DNA of 25,685 nucleotides from an archaeon (GTDB lineage Archaea; EX4484-52; B79-G9): NCBI GenBank assembly GCA_043813875.1, contig JBDRKP010000070.1, positions 1 to 25,685 of the forward strand, read 5' to 3'. Shown piece by piece: positions 22,488 to 25,685 of this stretch (position 1 is its first letter; each line of letters starts with the position of its first letter). The notes under the pieces were generated by a model. It saw only the letters and a program-made list of their open reading frames with translations, ran no database searches and was not told where the DNA came from. The position numbers and the translations under genes were made by a program.

Positions 22488-25400
22488 TCTTTATGGCAAA
22501 AAAAAGGAGAAGAAGATAGAGAAAGTTCTTGTTCTCGGCTCCGGCGCCATAAAGATAGGCGAGGCAGGAGAGTTTGATTTCTCGGGGTCGCAGGCGCTCA
22601 AGGCATTGAAGGAAGACGGGATCAAAAGCGTGCTTGTCAACCCGAATATCGCGACGATACAGACAGACCCGAAGATGGCGGACAGGGTGTATCTTCTGCC
22701 GGTGAATGCGGATTATGTCGAGAGGATCATCGCAAAGGAGAGGCCGGACGGAATACTGCTTAATGTCGGAGGGCAGACGGCTCTTAACTGCGGTGTCGAA
22801 CTGCATAATAAAGGGATACTTTCCAGGTACGATGTCAAGGTGCTAGGGACGCAGGTGGATGCGATCGAGACTACCGAGAACAGGGATCTTTTCAGAATCG
22901 CCATGAATAAGGAAGGCATAAAGATATGCAAGAGCAAGGCAGTCATGAACAAGGCAGATGCACTAAAGTTCGCAAAGGAGATCGGGTTCCCATGCATGGT
23001 GAGGGCGGCGTTCACGCTCGGCGGCGAGGGGAGCGGGATTGCCTGGGATGAAAAGGAGCTTGAGCGTATAGTCGATACAGGGACTGCCCGCAGCGCTATC
23101 AGGCAGGTGCTTGTCGAAGAGTATGTGGGCGGATGGAAGGAGATAGAGTATGAGGTAATGAGGGATGTGGATGATAATTGCATAATAATATGCAATATGG
23201 AGAATTTCGACCCGGTCGGGATACATACGGGGGAATCGATTGTTGTTGCGCCGTCACAGACTCTTAATAATCATGAGTATCATATGCTGCGCGAGCTTGC
23301 CATAAGGATTATCAGGGCGCTCGGGATTGTCGGGGAGTGCAATATCCAATATGCTCTTGATCCTGATTCGGATGAATACAGGGTCATAGAGGTGAATCCA
23401 AGGCTTTCAAGGTCGTCTGCTCTCGCGTCAAAGGCGACGGGGTACCCGATGGCTTTTATCGCGACGAAGCTGTGTCTTGGCGGGAAGCTACCTGATATCG
23501 TCAATAAGCTGACGGGCGTCACTACGGCATGTTTCGAGCCTGCGCTCGATTATATTGTCGTAAAGGTACCACGATGGGACTTAAAGAAGTTCAAGAATGC
23601 GGATTACCGTATCGGGACTCAGATGAAGTCTGTCGGTGAAGTGATGGCGATCGGTCGGAAGTTCGAGGAGGCTTTGCAGAAGGCTCTGAGGATGACCGAT
23701 ACTGGCAGAAGCGGGCTTGTCGGGACTGGTGAGAGGAATAAGGATGTCATCAGGAAAATGCTCAAGACTGCGACGGATGAGCGGGTCTATCACATTGCCG
23801 ATGCTATCAAGTGCGGCATGAGCATCGATGAGATACACGAATATACCAAGATTGACAGGTGGTTCCTTTCAAAGATGCTCAATATCGTCGATTATGAGGA
23901 TGTTATCGCGAAAAGCCTTGATGAGAATGTGCTCAGGCATGCGAAGCAGCTCGGATTTTCTGATAAGCACATTGCTGAGATTGTATCTCTCGGAGAGGAT
24001 GATATCCGTAACATGAGAAAGAAATGGGCTGTCATCCCCTGCGTGAAGCAGATCGATACGCTTGCTGCGGAGTGGCCGGCGAAGACTAATTACCTGTATC
24101 TTACGTACAACGGATGGGAGGACGATGTATCTTCTACGAGCGGAGACGTGATTATTCTCGGGTCAGGAACGTACCGGATCGGGTCTTCTGTCGAGTTTGA
24201 CTGGTGTTCTGTGCATGGGGCATGGGCTGTCGCTAACAGGGGGCGCAGGACGATCATGATCAACTACAATCCTGAGACTGTGTCTACGGATTATGATATT
24301 GTGGATAAGTTGTATTTTGAGGACCTGTCTTTTGAGACTGTGATGGATATCTATGAGAAGGAGGATCCGCTCGGTGTGATTGTCTCGTTCGGCGGGCAGA
24401 GACCGAATAATATCGCGCTACGACTGTACAAGGAGGGTGTCCGTATACTGGGTACGAACCCGATGAATATCGACAGGGCAGAGGACAGGGCGAAGTTCAG
24501 TGCGCTGCTTGACAAAATAGGTATCGAGCAGCCTTACTGGAAAAAGTTCGGGACGATCGCTGATGCTACGAAGTTTGCCGAGAAGATAGGATACCCGGTA
24601 ATCATCAGGCCATCTTATGTGCTTTCGGGTGCTGCGATGAGTATCGTCTATAGTGAAGATGATCTTGAGAAGTATCTTTCTATTGCTGCAAAGGTGTCAA
24701 GGGAGCATCCGGTGGTCATATCGCGTTTCATGGATAATGCGCGGGAGGTGGAGGTCGACGGGGTGTGCGATGGCTCGAATGTGCTAATAGGTGCCATCAT
24801 GGAGCATATCGAAAATGCGGGGGTGCATTCGGGAGATGCGACGATGGTGATTCCGCCGCAGACGCTGAGCGATAGTGTGAAGAAGAAGATTGAGAAGGCT
24901 TCATTTGAGATCGCTACTGGCCTCAATATTCACGGGCCGTTCAATATCCAGTTCATTGTGAAGAATGAGAAGATATTTGTTATCGAGTGCAACCTAAGGG
25001 TATCGCGGAGCGTGCCGTTCGTGTCTAAGACGATGGGCATCAACCTGATTGATATCGCGACAGGGGTGATTCTTGGGCAGAAGCTCCTCTATACGGCGAC
25101 GCCGAAGATAAAGCATATCGGCATCAAGTTTCCGCAGTTCTCGTTCTCGAGGCTTTACGGGGCTGACCCGATTGTCGGTATCGAGATGAGTTCCACGGGC
25201 GAGGTTGCGTGCCTTGGGCGTGATTTTTCTCATACGCTTATCAATGCGATGATTTCTGCGCAGGTGAAGGTGCCTGTGCGCGGGTCGAGGGTGCTTCTTT
25301 GCCTTTCGGATGATGCGAGGGTGAAGCTTTTTGATTCTGTGAAGATGCTTGAGGAGATGGGGGTTCGGCTTTTTGCTACTTTTGGGACTGCGCAGTATCT

Positions 25401-25685
25401 TCTTGAGAAGGGGATACATGTGATACCGCTACATAAGGTGAGCGAGGAGAAAGAGCCGAATATCGAGACGATGCTTGCTAAAAGAGATATAGATTTCGTC
25501 ATCAATATCCCGCACAAGAGGGCAAAGAAGGTGGAGATCAGCGACGGGTATGTCATCAGGAGGTCTGCGCTGAATTTCGGTATCCCGCTTGTGACGAATC
25601 TTGAGCTTGCGAATGCTATGATCGGGGCGATGAAGGGGATGAATGAGACGAAGGATGTCGTGAGCCTTGCTGAGTTTCATGGGAA
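22480..25685 (+). CDS. carB: Carbamoyl-phosphate synthase large subunit (stop codon beyond window end)
   Basis: Not in the ORF track. From ATG 22480: KVLVLGSGAIKIGEAGEFDFSGSQALKAL...IEVNPRLSRSSALASKATGYP...GSGTYRIGSSVEFDW...MGS domain. The frame at the window end matches the start, giving about 1068 codons. Confidence 0.96.
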   Translation, partial: MTNLYGKKKEKKIEKVLVLGSGAIKIGEAGEFDFSGSQALKALKEDGIKSVLVNPNIATIQTDPKMADRVYLLPVNADYVERIIAKERPDGILLNVGGQTALNCGVELHNKGILSRYDVKVLGTQVDAIETTENRDLFRIAMNKEGIKICKSKAVMNKADALKFAKEIGFPCMVRAAFTLGGEGSGIAWDEKELERIVDTGTARSAIRQVLVEEYVGGWKEIEYEVMRDVDDNCIIICNMENFDPVGIHTGESIVVAPSQTLNNHEYHMLRELAIRIIRALGIVGECNIQYALDPDSDEYRVIEVNPRLSRSSALASKATGYPMAFIATKLCLGGKLPDIVNKLTGVTTACFEPALDYIVVKVPRWDLKKFKNADYRIGTQMKSVGEVMAIGRKFEEALQKALRMTDTGRSGLVGTGERNKDVIRKMLKTATDERVYHIADAIKCGMSIDEIHEYTKIDRWFLSKMLNIVDYEDVIAKSLDENVLRHAKQLGFSDKHIAEIVSLGEDDIRNMRKKWAVIPCVKQIDTLAAEWPAKTNYLYLTYNGWEDDVSSTSGDVIILGSGTYRIGSSVEFDWCSVHGAWAVANRGRRTIMINYNPETVSTDYDIVDKLYFEDLSFETVMDIYEKEDPLGVIVSFGGQRPNNIALRLYKEGVRILGTNPMNIDRAEDRAKFSALLDKIGIEQPYWKKFGTIADATKFAEKIGYPVIIRPSYVLSGAAMSIVYSEDDLEKYLSIAAKVSREHPVVISRFMDNAREVEVDGVCDGSNVLIGAIMEHIENAGVHSGDATMVIPPQTLSDSVKKKIEKASFEIATGLNIHGPFNIQFIVKNEKIFVIECNLRVSRSVPFVSKTMGINLIDIATGVILGQKLLYTATPKIKHIGIKFPQFSFSRLYGADPIVGIEMSSTGEVACLGRDFSHTLINAMISAQVKVPVRGSRVLLCLSDDARVKLFDSVKMLEEMGVRLFATFGTAQYLLEKGIHVIPLHKVSEEKEPNIETMLAKRDIDFVINIPHKRAKKVEISDGYVIRRSALNFGIPLVTNLELANAMIGAMKGMNETKDVVSLAEFHG

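Noticed and set aside
22493..22505. A8 run near the carB start as a frameshift site
   Set aside because: The ATG at 22480 with an AGGTG SD is already in frame with carB.
22276..25680. Minus-strand and alternate-frame ORFs over carA/carB
   Set aside because: They are shadows of carB, which the track missed because its stop lies outside the window.

Overview
This is an archaeal chromosomal window (TATA boxes, GAGGTG Shine-Dalgarno sites, RadB, archaeal TopA), probably from a DPANN lineage because it encodes a single-chain fused PriS-PriL primase. The housekeeping backbone is an HD-domain dNTPase-like gene (cut by the left edge), a large secreted coiled-coil protein plus a lipoprotein, topA, radB, a polyprenol kinase-like membrane protein, the fused primase, DUF1858, scpB/scpA/smc, HIT and HAD proteins, and carA/carB (carB cut by the right edge). 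Three accessory patches are embedded. (1) An orphan 123-aa gene is enclosed by nested inverted repeats and hairpin clusters (6924-7657). (2) A wHTH + DUF6036-like nucleotidyltransferase pair with a duplicated 45-bp palindromic site, plus NUDIX and small wHTH genes, sits between smc and scpA. (3) An AT-rich island encodes an SDH/ClpP-fold protease divergent from an RHH regulator and a 2-TM protein, with phased ATRCA repeats between them. Other oddities are a short 852-aa SMC, a 60-aa gene coupled between scpA and scpB, an unannotated 27-aa hyper-acidic peptide, a HIT protein whose nucleophilic His is replaced by Ser, a capless degenerate HAD, and a multi-hairpin intergenic element at 20454-20650. 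No tRNA, rRNA, CRISPR array, integrase or transposase was seen. All family calls come from motifs read by eye, not from database searches.
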